The notes under the pieces were generated by a model. The model saw only the letters and a program-made list of their open reading frames with translations. It did no database searches and was not told the origin of the DNA. The position numbers were made by a program, and so were the translations under genes. Below, one piece after another: positions 29,942 through 40,628 of a DNA stretch of 64,000 nucleotides; the first letter of the stretch is position 1, and each line of letters opens with the position of its first letter. Origin of the DNA: Terriglobia bacterium (GTDB lineage: Bacteria > Acidobacteriota > Terriglobia > Acidiferrales > UBA7541); NCBI GenBank assembly GCA_963695545.1, contig OY968796.1, forward strand, positions 3,584,001 to 3,648,000, written 5' to 3'.

Positions 29942-31255
29942 ATGCGACGACCGTCTCGGATAGCGCCGCCCAAAGGCACGCTCGGCGTGCTGACGGTGGG
30001 CATGGGCGCGGTGGCCACGACGTTTATGGCCGGAGTCGAGCTGGTGCGTCGCGGGAAAGCCGCGCCGGTGGGCTCGCTGACGCAACTGGGCACGATCCGC
30101 CTGGGCAAGCGCACCGAGAGCCGCGCTCCGATGATTCGCGATTTCGTGCCGCTGGCGAAAATCGAAGACATCGTGTTCGGCGGCTGGGACATTTTCCCGG
30201 ACACCGCCTACGAAGCGGCGAAGAACGCGGCGGTGCTCAGCCCGGAACATCTGGAACTCGTTAAGGGATTTCTTTCCAAGATTCGGCCGATGAAGGCAGC
30301 GTTCGATCAAACCTACGTGAAACTGATCGACGGGCCGAACGTGAAAAAGGGCAGCAACAAATACGACCTGGCGCTGCAAATCAAGGAAGACATCGCGCAA
30401 TTCAAGAAAAAATCGAAAGCCACGCGCGTGGTGGTGATCTGGTGCGGCTCGACGGAAATTTTCCTGCAGCCGCACGCGGTGCACAAAGATATCGCATCGT
30501 TTGAAAAAGCCATGAAGGAAAATCATCCGGCCATCGCGCCTTCGATGCTTTACGCCTGGGCCGCGATTTCAAGCGGAGTGCCCTTTGCCAACGGCGCGCC
30601 GAACCTGACGGTGGACATCCCAGCGATGCTCGAACTCGCGCGCAAGAACAACGTGCCGGTGTGCGGCAAGGATTTCAAAACCGGGCAAACGCTGATGAAA
30701 ACCATCCTCGCGCCGGGATTCAAAGCACGGCAGCTCGGAATGAGCGGCTGGTTTTCCACGAACATTCTGGGCAATCGCGACGGCGAAGTGCTGGAAGATC
30801 CGGAATCGTTCAAGACCAAGGAAGAATCGAAACTGGGCGTGCTGGATTTTATTTTGCAGCCCAAACTTTATCCCGATCTCTACGGCAAGATATTTCACAA
30901 GGTGCGCATCAACTACTATCCGCCGCGCGGCGACAACAAAGAAGGCTGGGACAACATCGATATTTTCGGCTGGCTGGGATATCCAATGCAGATCAAAGTG
31001 GATTTCCTGTGCCGCGATTCGATTTTGGCGGCGCCGCTGGCGCTGGATTTGGTTTTGTTTCTCGATCTCGCGAAGCGCGCGAGGATGCGCGGCATTCAAG
31101 AATGGCTAAGTTTCTATTTCAAATCGCCGATCGTGCCGCCGGAACTTTATCCCGAGCACGATCTGTTCATTCAATCGATGAAGCTCAAGAACACGCTCCG
31201 CTGGCTGATGGGCGAAGATTTGATCACGCACCTGGGCCAAGAATACTACGACTGA
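29942..31255 (+). CDS. ino1: myo-inositol-1-phosphate synthase
   Basis: VGMGAVATT, GGWD, NGAP, GKDFKTGQT, NILGNRDG, DNKEGWD, RDSILAAP; GGAGG RBS. Confidence 0.95.
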   Translation: MRRPSRIAPPKGTLGVLTVGMGAVATTFMAGVELVRRGKAAPVGSLTQLGTIRLGKRTESRAPMIRDFVPLAKIEDIVFGGWDIFPDTAYEAAKNAAVLSPEHLELVKGFLSKIRPMKAAFDQTYVKLIDGPNVKKGSNKYDLALQIKEDIAQFKKKSKATRVVVIWCGSTEIFLQPHAVHKDIASFEKAMKENHPAIAPSMLYAWAAISSGVPFANGAPNLTVDIPAMLELARKNNVPVCGKDFKTGQTLMKTILAPGFKARQLGMSGWFSTNILGNRDGEVLEDPESFKTKEESKLGVLDFILQPKLYPDLYGKIFHKVRINYYPPRGDNKEGWDNIDIFGWLGYPMQIKVDFLCRDSILAAPLALDLVLFLDLAKRARMRGIQEWLSFYFKSPIVPPELYPEHDLFIQSMKLKNTLRWLMGEDLITHLGQEYYD

Positions 31256-31365
31256 GCAGGGCGAGCTCGGGGCAATTCGCTGACGAAACCCTGTTTTGAG
31301 GCCCCGGAAGGCTCTCCGAACGGCGTTTTTTGCAACTTCCGCCGCCTTCGGCTAGTCTAATTAGT

Positions 31366-32355
31366 GTGGCTGCTCCGCTTCTACCTCTCGCCCGAACCGC
31401 GACGTTCGGCGCTGCTCCGGCTGCGCTTTCGCCTTCGCTCGACCTTGAATCGGAAATCAGCAAGCTGAAGCGCAAACGCAACGCTGTGATCTTGGCGCAC
31501 TACTATCAGGATTCCGAAATCCAGGATCTTGCGGACTTCGTGGGCGACAGCCTGGAACTTTCGCGCCGCGCGGCCGCGACCGAAGCCGACGTGATCGTCT
31601 TCGCGGGCGTGCACTTCATGGCGGAGACGGCGAAGATTCTGAACCCCGGAAAACAGGTGTTGCTGCCGGACCTCGATGCCGGCTGCTCGCTGGCCGATGG
31701 ATGCCCGCCGGACCAATTCGCGAAATTTCTCGAACGCTATCCGGGGCACACCGTGGTGAGCTACATCAATTGCAGCGCCGCAGTGAAGGCCATGAGCGAT
31801 TTGATCTGCACTTCAAGCAACGCGGCGCGGTTGGTCGCGCAGCTTCCTGCGGACGAACCCATCGTGTTCGCGCCGGATCGAAATCTCGGGCGCTACGTTA
31901 CGAAGCAGACCGGGCGCGAGATGGTCTGCTGGCCGGGGACCTGCATCGTGCACGAACAATTTTCCGTGAAGAAAATTGTGCAATTGCGCGAGCGGCATCC
32001 GAAGGCGCGCCTGGTCGCGCATCCGGAATGCGAAGAGCCGGTGCTGCGCATGGCGGATTTCATTGGCTCGACGACGGCGCTGCTTCGATATGTGGAAACG
32101 AGTTCCGACACAGAGTTCATCATCGCGACCGAACCCGGCATCCTGCACGCCATGCAGCGCGTCGCTCCAAACAAATTGTTGATTCCCGCGCCGCCCGACG
32201 GCAACTGCGCGTGCAACGAATGCCCCCACATGCGCAAGAACACGATTGAGAAACTTTATCTGTGCCTGCGCGATCGCACGCCCGAGATCACGCTCGACGA
32301 AACCATCGCCCAGCGCGCGCTTCGTCCTATTGAGCGCATGCTGGCGATGAGCTGA
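31366..32355 (+). CDS. nadA: quinolinate synthase
   Basis: ILAHYYQ, GDSLELS, GVHFMAE, GCSLAD, CIVH, AHPEC, CNECPHM. Confidence 0.96.
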   Translation: MAAPLLPLARTATFGAAPAALSPSLDLESEISKLKRKRNAVILAHYYQDSEIQDLADFVGDSLELSRRAAATEADVIVFAGVHFMAETAKILNPGKQVLLPDLDAGCSLADGCPPDQFAKFLERYPGHTVVSYINCSAAVKAMSDLICTSSNAARLVAQLPADEPIVFAPDRNLGRYVTKQTGREMVCWPGTCIVHEQFSVKKIVQLRERHPKARLVAHPECEEPVLRMADFIGSTTALLRYVETSSDTEFIIATEPGILHAMQRVAPNKLLIPAPPDGNCACNECPHMRKNTIEKLYLCLRDRTPEITLDETIAQRALRPIERMLAMS

Positions 32356-32365
32356 GCCGGCATTC

Positions 32366-33259
32366 GTGCCGCCCGCAACCGCCGTGAATCTCTCTCCACT
32401 TTCCGCCGATGCGCTGCGCGATCTGCTGCGGCGATTTCTCGATGAAGACATTGGACAGGGCGACTGGACGACGGAAGCGATCGTTCGGCCCGATCAGCGC
32501 GCGGCGGGAGAATTCCTGGCGAAAAGCCCGCTCGTCCTGGCGGGCATCGACTTCGCGATGGAAACTTTTCGGCTGCTCGATCCGAAAATCGAACATGAAA
32601 TACTTTCTCACGATGGCGATCGCGTGCCGGCGGGCCAAACGATTGCCCGGATTCGCGGCCGCGCCCAGGCGCTTCTAAGCGCGGAGCGCGTGGCTCTGAA
32701 TTTGACGCAGCGCCTGAGCGGGATCGCCACGCTCACGCGCGCGTACGTTGACGCCGTCGCCGGAACCGGCGCCGCGATTCTCGATACGCGAAAAACGACG
32801 CCGGGGCTGCGCGCGCTCGAAAAATATGCCGTGCGCGCGGGCGGCGGCACGAATCATCGCGTCCGGCTCGATGACGCCATTCTGATCAAGGAAAATCACG
32901 CGCGTCTCGCCGGCGGCGTCGGGCCCGCCGTTCGCGCGGCGCAGGCGGCGCGACGCGGAGACGCGCGATGGCTCGAAGTTGAAGTCGATTCGATTGCCGA
33001 GCTCGATGAAGCTTTGGCCGAGTGCCCCGACGCGATTCTGGTCGACAATTTCACGCCCGAAATCGCACGCGCGGCCATCGCGCGCGCGCGCAAAGCCGAT
33101 CCGGAACACCGCATCGCGATCGAAGCCTCCGGCGGAATCACGCTCGTAAACGTCCGCCAATTCGCCGAAGCCGGCGTAGATCGTATTTCCGTCGGAGCGC
33201 TCACGCATTCCGCGCCCGCGGCGGACATCAGCCTTGAGATCGAGCCCGAAAAATCATGA
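32366..33259 (+). CDS. nadC: nicotinate-nucleotide diphosphorylase (carboxylating)
   Basis: EDIGQGDWT, ERVALN, DTRKTTPGLR, NHR, LIKENH, EASGGI, SVGALTHS. Confidence 0.96.
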   Translation: MPPATAVNLSPLSADALRDLLRRFLDEDIGQGDWTTEAIVRPDQRAAGEFLAKSPLVLAGIDFAMETFRLLDPKIEHEILSHDGDRVPAGQTIARIRGRAQALLSAERVALNLTQRLSGIATLTRAYVDAVAGTGAAILDTRKTTPGLRALEKYAVRAGGGTNHRVRLDDAILIKENHARLAGGVGPAVRAAQAARRGDARWLEVEVDSIAELDEALAECPDAILVDNFTPEIARAAIARARKADPEHRIAIEASGGITLVNVRQFAEAGVDRISVGALTHSAPAADISLEIEPEKS

Positions 33260-34824
33260 GCGCCCAAGACAACATTCCCGAACAGATTGACGTCCTCGTG
33301 CTCGGCAGCGGACTCGCCGGCTGCGCCACGGCCTGGGCCGCGGCCGAACAAGGCGCCGAAGTCGCCATCGTCACGCGCGCTCATCAACCCGAAGAAAGCA
33401 ATTCATTCTGGGCGCAAGGCGGAATCGTTTTTCGCGGGCACAACGATTCGCCCGAACTTCTCGCGCGCGACATCCTCGAAGCCGGCGCGCATCTCGGCAA
33501 TCCCGCCGCCGTGCGCGTGCTGGCTCGCGAAGGTCCGGAGCTTGTGCAAAAAGTTTTGATCGATCAGCTTGGCATTGAATTCGATCGCACGCCCGACGGA
33601 AAAGATTGGCATCTGACGAGCGAGGCGGCGCACAGCTGCCCGCGCATTCTTCACGTGAAGGACAAGACAGGCACCGCGATCGAGCGCGCATTTTTCGCTC
33701 GCGTCTCCGAGCACCCGCGCATTCGCCTCTTGCGCGGATTCACCGCGATCGACCTGCTCACGCTGCCGCACCACTCCGAAGAACCGCTGGACGTTTATCG
33801 CACGCCGCAGTGCTTCGGCGTCTATGCGCTCGATCAATCGAACGCCGGGATCGTTCCGTTGCGCGCGAAGCAAACCGTTCTTGGCACCGGCGGCATTGGA
33901 CGCCTCTATCTCCACACTACAAATCCTCCCGGCGCGCGCGGCGATGGACTGGCACTCGCGCACCGCGCCGGCGCACGCTCGATCAATTTGCAATACGTGC
34001 AATTCCATCCCACCGCACTGTTTCATCCCAGCGGCACGTTTCTGATTTCAGAATCGTTGCGCGGCGAAGGCGCGCGCGTGGTCGATTCCGTTGGCCGCGA
34101 ATTTCTGAACGGCCATTCCGGCGGATCGCTCGCGCCGCGCGATGTGGTCGCGCGCGGCATTTACCAGCACATGCTCGAAAGAGGCGAGCCGTGCGCGTGG
34201 CTCGACATCACGCACAAACCCGCCGATTGGATTCGCGAGCGTTTCCCCGGCGTCTATCAGCATTGCGCCTCGCTCGGAATCGACATCACGCGCGAGCTCA
34301 TTCCCGTGGTCCCCGCCGCGCACTATAGTTGCGGCGGCGTAGCCGTCGACGAATGGGGCCAAACGGATCTCGCTGGTCTGCGCGCCGTCGGAGAAGTCGC
34401 TTGCACCGGTGTGCACGGCGCCAATCGTCTCGGCAGCACTTCCCTGCTCGAATGTTTGGTGTGGGGCGTGCGCGCGGGCCGCCACGCGGCCGAGGAGGCC
34501 GCTTCGACCGCAGCATATTTCCCGCGCATCGCGCCGTGGCGCTACGAGCGCGAATCCACCGACCCTGCGCTGATCGCGCAAGATTGGCTGACGATTCGGC
34601 ATACCATGTGGAACTACGTCGGCCTGATTCGCAGCGGCAAGCGTCTGGAGCGCGCGCGAGAAATTCTGCAGGAATTGCATCTCGAAATTTCGCAGTTCTA
34701 CCAGCGCGCCGCACTCGACGACGCGATCATCGGCCTGCGCAACGCCGTCGAGGCCAGCATTCTGATCGTCCGCGCCGCCACCGAATGCCGCGCCAGCCGC
34801 GGTTGCCACTTCCGCGTCGATTGA
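33256..34824 (+). CDS. nadB: L-aspartate oxidase
   Basis: GSGLAG, WAQGG, QFHPT, LISESLRGEG, LAPRD, AAHYSCGG, HGANRLGSTSLLE; located in the nad cluster. Confidence 0.95.
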   Translation: MSAQDNIPEQIDVLVLGSGLAGCATAWAAAEQGAEVAIVTRAHQPEESNSFWAQGGIVFRGHNDSPELLARDILEAGAHLGNPAAVRVLAREGPELVQKVLIDQLGIEFDRTPDGKDWHLTSEAAHSCPRILHVKDKTGTAIERAFFARVSEHPRIRLLRGFTAIDLLTLPHHSEEPLDVYRTPQCFGVYALDQSNAGIVPLRAKQTVLGTGGIGRLYLHTTNPPGARGDGLALAHRAGARSINLQYVQFHPTALFHPSGTFLISESLRGEGARVVDSVGREFLNGHSGGSLAPRDVVARGIYQHMLERGEPCAWLDITHKPADWIRERFPGVYQHCASLGIDITRELIPVVPAAHYSCGGVAVDEWGQTDLAGLRAVGEVACTGVHGANRLGSTSLLECLVWGVRAGRHAAEEAASTAAYFPRIAPWRYERESTDPALIAQDWLTIRHTMWNYVGLIRSGKRLERAREILQELHLEISQFYQRAALDDAIIGLRNAVEASILIVRAATECRASRGCHFRVD

Positions 34825-34916
34825 GCCGCGGCCGCGGCCCGCGCGCTGTGAGCTCCCATTCCCGCATTCGCGTAGACTTTGATTCTTTTGTGGCGTTCGG
34901 CTAGGCTCTGTCCGAA

Positions 34917-37900
34917 ATGGACGCGGCCTTCTCTGCAGTCACATTTGCCGAACCTGAGCGCGCTAAGGCGAACCTCGAACAGGTCGCCCCGCGCCTGCCG
35001 GAAAGTTTGTGGTCCAAGCTGCCGGCGCTGCTCGCGCAATTGCCCGATCCAGACACCGCACTCAATTATCTCGAGCGCTATCTCGCCGTAGTCGATCCAA
35101 ACGATTCCGCCGCGAACGCGCGCAATGTTCGCTACCTCGAACAGCATCCCGTCGCGCTGCATCATCTTCTCGTGCTGTTCAGCTACAGCCGCTATCTTTC
35201 CGAATTCGTGCTGCAACAGCCATCGCTAGTCGCCTGGCTGCACGGCCCGGCTCGCCACGGCCCAGCCACGTCCACGAGCCTCGAAGAATTGAAATCGCCG
35301 GAAGATCTCTTCGAGGAATTCGCGCAATTTGAAGCCATGTCGGGCGACGACGATCCGACGCGCGTGCTGATCCGCTTCAAGCGCCGCCAATATCTGCGCA
35401 TCACCTTGCGCGACGTCCTCGGCCTCGCCACACTCGCCGAAACCACGCTCGAGCTTTCGCACCTCGCCGACGTTCTCCTCGAGCGCGCGCTGCGCATCGC
35501 CGCCTATCGCCTCGAGCGCGATCACGGCGTTCCCGAGTACGTCGACGCCGAAGGCCGCAAGCGCCCCACGCGCATGACCATCATTTCGCTCGGCAAGCTC
35601 GGCGGCCAGGAACTCAATTACAGCTCCGACATCGATTTGCTTTTTCTCTACGGCCATGCCGGCCAAACCTCCGGCGGCGCGCAAGGCAGTGCGACCAACG
35701 CCGAATATTTCACGCGACTCGCGCAAGAGGTGCTGCACCTGATCACCGAGCCCATGGCCGAAGGCGCGGTCTATCGCGTCGATCTGCGCCTGCGACCGCA
35801 AGGCCGCGAAGGAGATCTTGCCAGCAGCTTGCCCGTCGCGGTCGATTACTACCGCATCCGCGCGCGCGAATGGGAATTGCAAATGCTCATCAAGGCGCGC
35901 GGCTCGGCCGGCGATCCCGCGTTGAGCCGCAGTTTTCTCGACGAAGTGCAGCCGCTGGTCTATCGCCGCGAATTTCATCTCGCCGTCGTCGAAGCCGTGC
36001 TCAACGCGCGCGAGGAAATGACGCGCGGTCTGAAACTCCGCGCGAAAGCCTCGGGTCACACGGCCGCGTGGAACGTAAAGCTTTCGCCCGGCGGCATCCG
36101 TGATATCGAATTTCTCGCGCAATGCCTGCAGCGCCTCTACGGCGGCGCGGATCCCTGGCTGCGCTCGCCCTCCACGCTTTTCGCGCTCGGCCGCCTGCAC
36201 GACAAAGGACATCTTTCCGGCCGCGATTTTTTCCGGCTGAGCGCCGCGTATCAATTTCTCCGCCGCGTCGAGCACCGCCTGCAATTGCGCGATGGCTTGC
36301 AGCGCCACACGCTGCCCGAAGCCGCCGACGCGCTGGAAAGCGTGGCGCGGCGCTGCGGCGTCGAAGCCGGCCCCGCCGACGAACGCACGCCCGGCGCGCT
36401 TCTGCTCAAGCGCCTCACCGAACATTTCTCCGACGTGCGCGAAATTTACGAGCGCATCCTCACCGCCGGCAGCGGCCCCGAGCCCGGCGCCGGCCAAGAC
36501 CTGGCCACTTCCGACCCCGGCACCGGTGCGATGTTGCGCCGTCTGCGCGTGGAATATCCGACCGTCGCCGCCGTGGTCACCATGGCTTCCGACGAGCGCC
36601 CCGAGGACGAAGCCAATCTCGTGCGCCGCGGCCTCACCCGCTTTCTCGATTCCGCCGTGCTGCAGCCGCGCGTGATGTCGCAACTGAACTCGCGCCCCGA
36701 ATGGGTGCTGATCGCCGCGGAAGTTCTTGCGCGCAGCGATCTCGCGGTCGATCTGCTCTCATCGAATCCCGAGGAAATTTCGGCCATCGCCGATCCCGGC
36801 CTTGCCGGTTTCAGGGGCGCGCTTCCGCAGATCGAACCCGGCGCGCCGATCTCCGCGCAAGCCGCCGAAGACGCGATGACCGCGCTGCGCGTGGCCTATC
36901 GCCGCGGCGTGCTCGCCACTCTGGTGCGCGCGCTGCTCGGCTCAAGCCAGCCCTTCGACACCTTCCGCGGCTTGTCGCTGCTCGCCGAGCAGGCTCTCGA
37001 GCGCGCGCTCGAACTCGCCGCAGCCATGAATCGCATTCACGAGCGCATCGCTTCCGACTTCTCCATCGCGCCGTTTTCCGTGCTGGCTCTCGGCCGCCTG
37101 GGCACCGGCGAAATGGACATCGGCTCCGACGTCGATCTGATTTTCATCGTGGATGACCGCTTGAATCAAAGCGACCGTGAAATCTGGCGCTTGGTCGCCG
37201 AGCGCCTGGTGCATATCGCCAGCAGCCACACGCGCGAAGGATTGCTTTTCCCCGTGGACACGCGCCTGCGCCCGCGCGGCGGCGATGGCGAAACGCTGCA
37301 AACCAGTTCCTATCTCCGCCAATATTTCGACGCCGAAGCTCAGGCTTGGGAAGCCGCCACGTTTCTGAAGGCGCGTCCGATCGCCGGCAATCTCGCGCTC
37401 GGCGCCGACGCGTTGCGGCAAGTTCACGAATGCATTGCGCGCCGCTTTTCGGATCCAAAGCCGCTCGCGCGCGATCTCGCCAAAATGCGCCAGCGCCTCG
37501 AACGAGAGGGCGCCGATCCCGATCGCCCCATCGGCCAAAAAGGCGAATTCAAGCGCATGGCCGGAGGTTATTACGACGTCGAATATGTCGTGGCGTTTTT
37601 ATTTCTCACGCGCGTTCTGCGCGCAGAGCATCCCACCGAACAATCGCTGATCGAAGGCCGCGGCCACGTCCTGCGCCAAATCGCGCTGCTCGAAGCCACC
37701 GGGCACCTCGGCTCTACCGAAGCGCAAACGCTGCGCGCCGGCGCCATGCTCTATCGCAGCATCGACCACGCCCTGCGCATCGTCACCGGCCGCTCCGCTA
37801 ATCATCTCCCCGAAGCCACCATGGCGCAGCGCGTCGTGCGCCTGCTCGAACAATGGCAATTCCCGCTCCCCGAAGGCATCGAAGCCGCCGTCGAAACCAC

Positions 37901-37958
37901 GCGCCGCCACGTCCGCGGCCTCTACGAACACACTATCGTCCGCGCCGCCGAATCCTAG
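34917..37958 (+). CDS. glnE: glutamate-ammonia ligase adenylyltransferase (GlnE-like, two NT domains)
   Basis: LGKLGGQELNYSSDIDL, VDLRLRP, KLSPGGIRDIEF; second domain LGRLG..SDVDL, VDTRLRP. Confidence 0.88.
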   Translation: MDAAFSAVTFAEPERAKANLEQVAPRLPESLWSKLPALLAQLPDPDTALNYLERYLAVVDPNDSAANARNVRYLEQHPVALHHLLVLFSYSRYLSEFVLQQPSLVAWLHGPARHGPATSTSLEELKSPEDLFEEFAQFEAMSGDDDPTRVLIRFKRRQYLRITLRDVLGLATLAETTLELSHLADVLLERALRIAAYRLERDHGVPEYVDAEGRKRPTRMTIISLGKLGGQELNYSSDIDLLFLYGHAGQTSGGAQGSATNAEYFTRLAQEVLHLITEPMAEGAVYRVDLRLRPQGREGDLASSLPVAVDYYRIRAREWELQMLIKARGSAGDPALSRSFLDEVQPLVYRREFHLAVVEAVLNAREEMTRGLKLRAKASGHTAAWNVKLSPGGIRDIEFLAQCLQRLYGGADPWLRSPSTLFALGRLHDKGHLSGRDFFRLSAAYQFLRRVEHRLQLRDGLQRHTLPEAADALESVARRCGVEAGPADERTPGALLLKRLTEHFSDVREIYERILTAGSGPEPGAGQDLATSDPGTGAMLRRLRVEYPTVAAVVTMASDERPEDEANLVRRGLTRFLDSAVLQPRVMSQLNSRPEWVLIAAEVLARSDLAVDLLSSNPEEISAIADPGLAGFRGALPQIEPGAPISAQAAEDAMTALRVAYRRGVLATLVRALLGSSQPFDTFRGLSLLAEQALERALELAAAMNRIHERIASDFSIAPFSVLALGRLGTGEMDIGSDVDLIFIVDDRLNQSDREIWRLVAERLVHIASSHTREGLLFPVDTRLRPRGGDGETLQTSSYLRQYFDAEAQAWEAATFLKARPIAGNLALGADALRQVHECIARRFSDPKPLARDLAKMRQRLEREGADPDRPIGQKGEFKRMAGGYYDVEYVVAFLFLTRVLRAEHPTEQSLIEGRGHVLRQIALLEATGHLGSTEAQTLRAGAMLYRSIDHALRIVTGRSANHLPEATMAQRVVRLLEQWQFPLPEGIEAAVETTRRHVRGLYEHTIVRAAES

Positions 37959-38055
37959 CGCTGACCCCATCGCGGCCTTTACGAAAGCCGGACGACGCCC
38001 TCGGCGCGTTTCGCCCCAAACCCACGATTGCCTTGCGACCACCCACTAAAGCGCC

Positions 38056-38134
38056 GTCATTCTGAGTGGAGAGGCGGCTCTTTTTTCTTCTCGTCCGCGT
38101 CCCGCGGACGAGCCGCCTCGCAGTCGAAGAATCC
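38056..38134 (+). repeat. REP-like palindromic repeat (TCATTC...GTCGAAGAATCC), copy A
   Basis: GTCATTCTGAG start, internal hairpin GAGGCGGCTC...GAGCCGCCTC, end GTCGAAGAATCC. Confidence 0.7.
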
Positions 38135-38173
38135 ATCTTCGCCCTTTGCACCGTGAATTCTCCAGGAGAACTT

Positions 38174-38413
38174 TCAGGCCTTCGAACTTTTCCGCCGCTC
38201 CAGAAACGCGCGTCCCGCCGCCGTGATCTTCACAACCGACCGCCCATTCACCTCGTCCCTCATCACCAGTCGGAGATCATTCGCGTCTTCCCATACCGGC
38301 AATTTCGGACACGATGTCCGCCACGCCTCCATCACCTGCTCATAACTCCGCTCTCCGCTCCCCACCCACTGCAGCAAATCGACGATCAAGTTGTCCACTG
38401 TCGCGTCGCTCAT
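38174..38413 (-). CDS. small hypothetical protein (79 aa), possibly winged-helix
   Basis: MSDATVDNLIVDLLQWV...WRTSCPKLPVWEDA...ITAAGRAFL; purine-rich RBS upstream. Confidence 0.7.
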   Translation of the reverse strand: MSDATVDNLIVDLLQWVGSGERSYEQVMEAWRTSCPKLPVWEDANDLRLVMRDEVNGRSVVKITAAGRAFLERRKSSKA

Positions 38414-38491
38414 GAAATCCCTCTTCCCTCCCCACAATTATCACCCAACCCCCGCCCGCTCGTCGCCCCGCGATGGCCCCACTCACCCCCT

Positions 38492-38570
38492 ATCATTCCA
38501 GCGAAGTCCCGACGCTCTGCGCCTTTCTGCGTGCGCTGCGCGGGCAGGTCGGGACGAAGTCGAAGAATCC
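38492..38570 (+). repeat. REP-like palindromic repeat, copy B
   Basis: ATCATTCCAGCGAAG start, internal hairpin GTCCCGAC...GTCGGGAC, end GTCGAAGAATCC. Confidence 0.7.
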
Positions 38571-38685
38571 CTCCTCACAACGTAACCGGGATGCGTCGGC
38601 CACCGCCCAGCCAAGGCGATGAATCCTCTTGGCCGTGTTCGAATGCAATGCCCGCGGATAATGCGCGGGTATTTTCTACCCATCC

Positions 38686-39077
38686 TATTCGAATACTCCA
38701 TAGATATATGTTGACGCTGTGGTACTACTCCTGCTATGCTGTGGCGTGCTCTCTAAATACGCATCCGCGGCCGCGAAAAAGCTCCTCGTCCCGCGCCGGC
38801 GCATCATTCTCGCGTCCCAACCCGTCCGGTCCTTCCAGGTCTCCACGAAGAATTTTGCGTATCCAGCGGCTGATCCGCGCGTGCATCTCGCGTTCAACAT
38901 GCACTCATCTGCAACAAAGTGCTCCTCCAACCCATTTATTTTCAGGCAATTGCAAATGAGTGCGCATCTTATTGAAAATAATCACGATCAAGTCTATTGC
39001 GCTCACACTCATCCGCACTCTTTCCCTGGAAGCCCTTTGTTTACAGCAAATTACGTTTTTGCACCGGGGGTATATAT
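38686..39077 (+). repeat. dispersed promoter-bearing repeat element, copy 2
   Basis: TATTCGAATA 38686-38695; TTGACG-18-TATGCT 38711-38740; GTG 38746; CACTCTTTCCCTGGAAGCCCT; end CCGGGGGTATATAT 39064-39077. Confidence 0.85.
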
Positions 39078-39184
39078 GGGTCTCCGCGCTCGGCCGTCCG
39101 CGCCCATGCGCTGCACGCGCCGACTGTGTTATTGTTTTTTGCTCGCGCCGCACATTTCGCGGCATTCGGGAGGTCATCGCAATC

Positions 39185-40597
39185 ATGAAGTCGTCCTACA
39201 ACGGCAAATCCGTCCCCGTTGACGGCCAGCCGATCGACTATGTTCGCAGCGCCCTGAGCGTCCCCGATCGCCCAATCATTCCCTTCATCGAAGGCGACGG
39301 CACCGGCCGCGACATCTGGAAAGCATCGCAGCGCGTTTTTGACGCCGCCGTTTCCTCCGTGTACGGCGCGAAACGCAAAGTCGCGTGGTTTGAGGTCTTC
39401 GCCGGCGAAAAAGCTTTCAACACGTTCAAAGAGTGGCTGCCGCAAGACACCGTCGACGCCATCCGCGATTTCCGCGTGGCCATCAAGGGTCCGCTCACCA
39501 CGCCCGTCGGCGGCGGCATCCGCTCGCTCAACGTCGCGCTGCGCCAGATTCTCGATCTCTACGCCTGCGTTCGCCCCGTGAAATATTTCGCGGGCGTGCC
39601 CTCGCCCGTGAAACATCCCGAGCGCATGAACGTGATCATCTTTCGCGAAAACACCGAAGACGTGTACGCCGGGATCGAATGGAAATCCGGCACGCCCGAA
39701 GTCAAAAAGCTGCTCGAATTCCTGAACAACGACATGCTCGGCGGCGGCCCCAAACAAATCCGCTGGGATTCCGGCGTGGGCATCAAGCCGATTTCGACCA
39801 CCGGCACCAAGCGCCTCGTGCGCCGCGCGATCCAGCATGCGATCGATCACAAGCGCCGCCTCGTCACCCTCGTGCACAAAGGCAACATCATGAAATTCAC
39901 CGAAGGCGCATTTCGCGATTGGGGCTACGAGCTCGCGAAAGATGAATTCCGCGCCGCCGTCGTCACCGAGCGCGAAAGCTGGATCGTCGACAATAAAGAC
40001 AAAAACCCCGCGCTCACCATCGAGCAAAACGCCGCCGCGATCGAGCCCGGCCTCGAGCAAGCCACGCCCGCGTTTCGCGAAACGCTCTACGCCGAAGTGA
40101 AGCAGGTCCTCGATTCGATCTACGCCACGCACGGCGGCGGACGCTGGAAACAAAAAATCATGATCAATGACCGCATCGCCGATTCCATCTTCCAACAAGT
40201 CTTGCTGCGCGCCGACGAGTACGCGGTCCTGGCCTGCCCCAATCTCAACGGCGATTACCTCTCCGACGCCTGCGCCGCGCAAGTCGGCGGCCTGGGCATG
40301 GCGCCGGGCGCGAACATCGGCGATGGCTTCGGCTGCTTTGAAGCCACGCATGGCACCGCGCCCAAGTACGCCGATAAAGATGTGATCAATCCCAGTTCCG
40401 TGATGCTCTCCGGCGCAATGATGTTCGATTTCCTGGGCTGGCCCGAAGCCGCCCGCGCCATCGAAGACGGCATCGCCAAAACCATCGGCCAAAAACGCGT
40501 CACCTACGATCTAGAGCGCCTCATGGAAGGCGCCACAAAATTAAAAACGTCCGAATTCGCCACGGCCATCATCGAAAACATGCCCGCGAAATCGTGA
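39185..40597 (+). CDS. icd: isocitrate dehydrogenase (NADP+, homodimeric type)
   Basis: [58 protein letters not shown]. Confidence 0.97.
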   Translation: MKSSYNGKSVPVDGQPIDYVRSALSVPDRPIIPFIEGDGTGRDIWKASQRVFDAAVSSVYGAKRKVAWFEVFAGEKAFNTFKEWLPQDTVDAIRDFRVAIKGPLTTPVGGGIRSLNVALRQILDLYACVRPVKYFAGVPSPVKHPERMNVIIFRENTEDVYAGIEWKSGTPEVKKLLEFLNNDMLGGGPKQIRWDSGVGIKPISTTGTKRLVRRAIQHAIDHKRRLVTLVHKGNIMKFTEGAFRDWGYELAKDEFRAAVVTERESWIVDNKDKNPALTIEQNAAAIEPGLEQATPAFRETLYAEVKQVLDSIYATHGGGRWKQKIMINDRIADSIFQQVLLRADEYAVLACPNLNGDYLSDACAAQVGGLGMAPGANIGDGFGCFEATHGTAPKYADKDVINPSSVMLSGAMMFDFLGWPEAARAIEDGIAKTIGQKRVTYDLERLMEGATKLKTSEFATAIIENMPAKS

Positions 40598-40628
40598 CGA
40601 ACGATAGCAAGGCACAAGGAGCCCAAAG

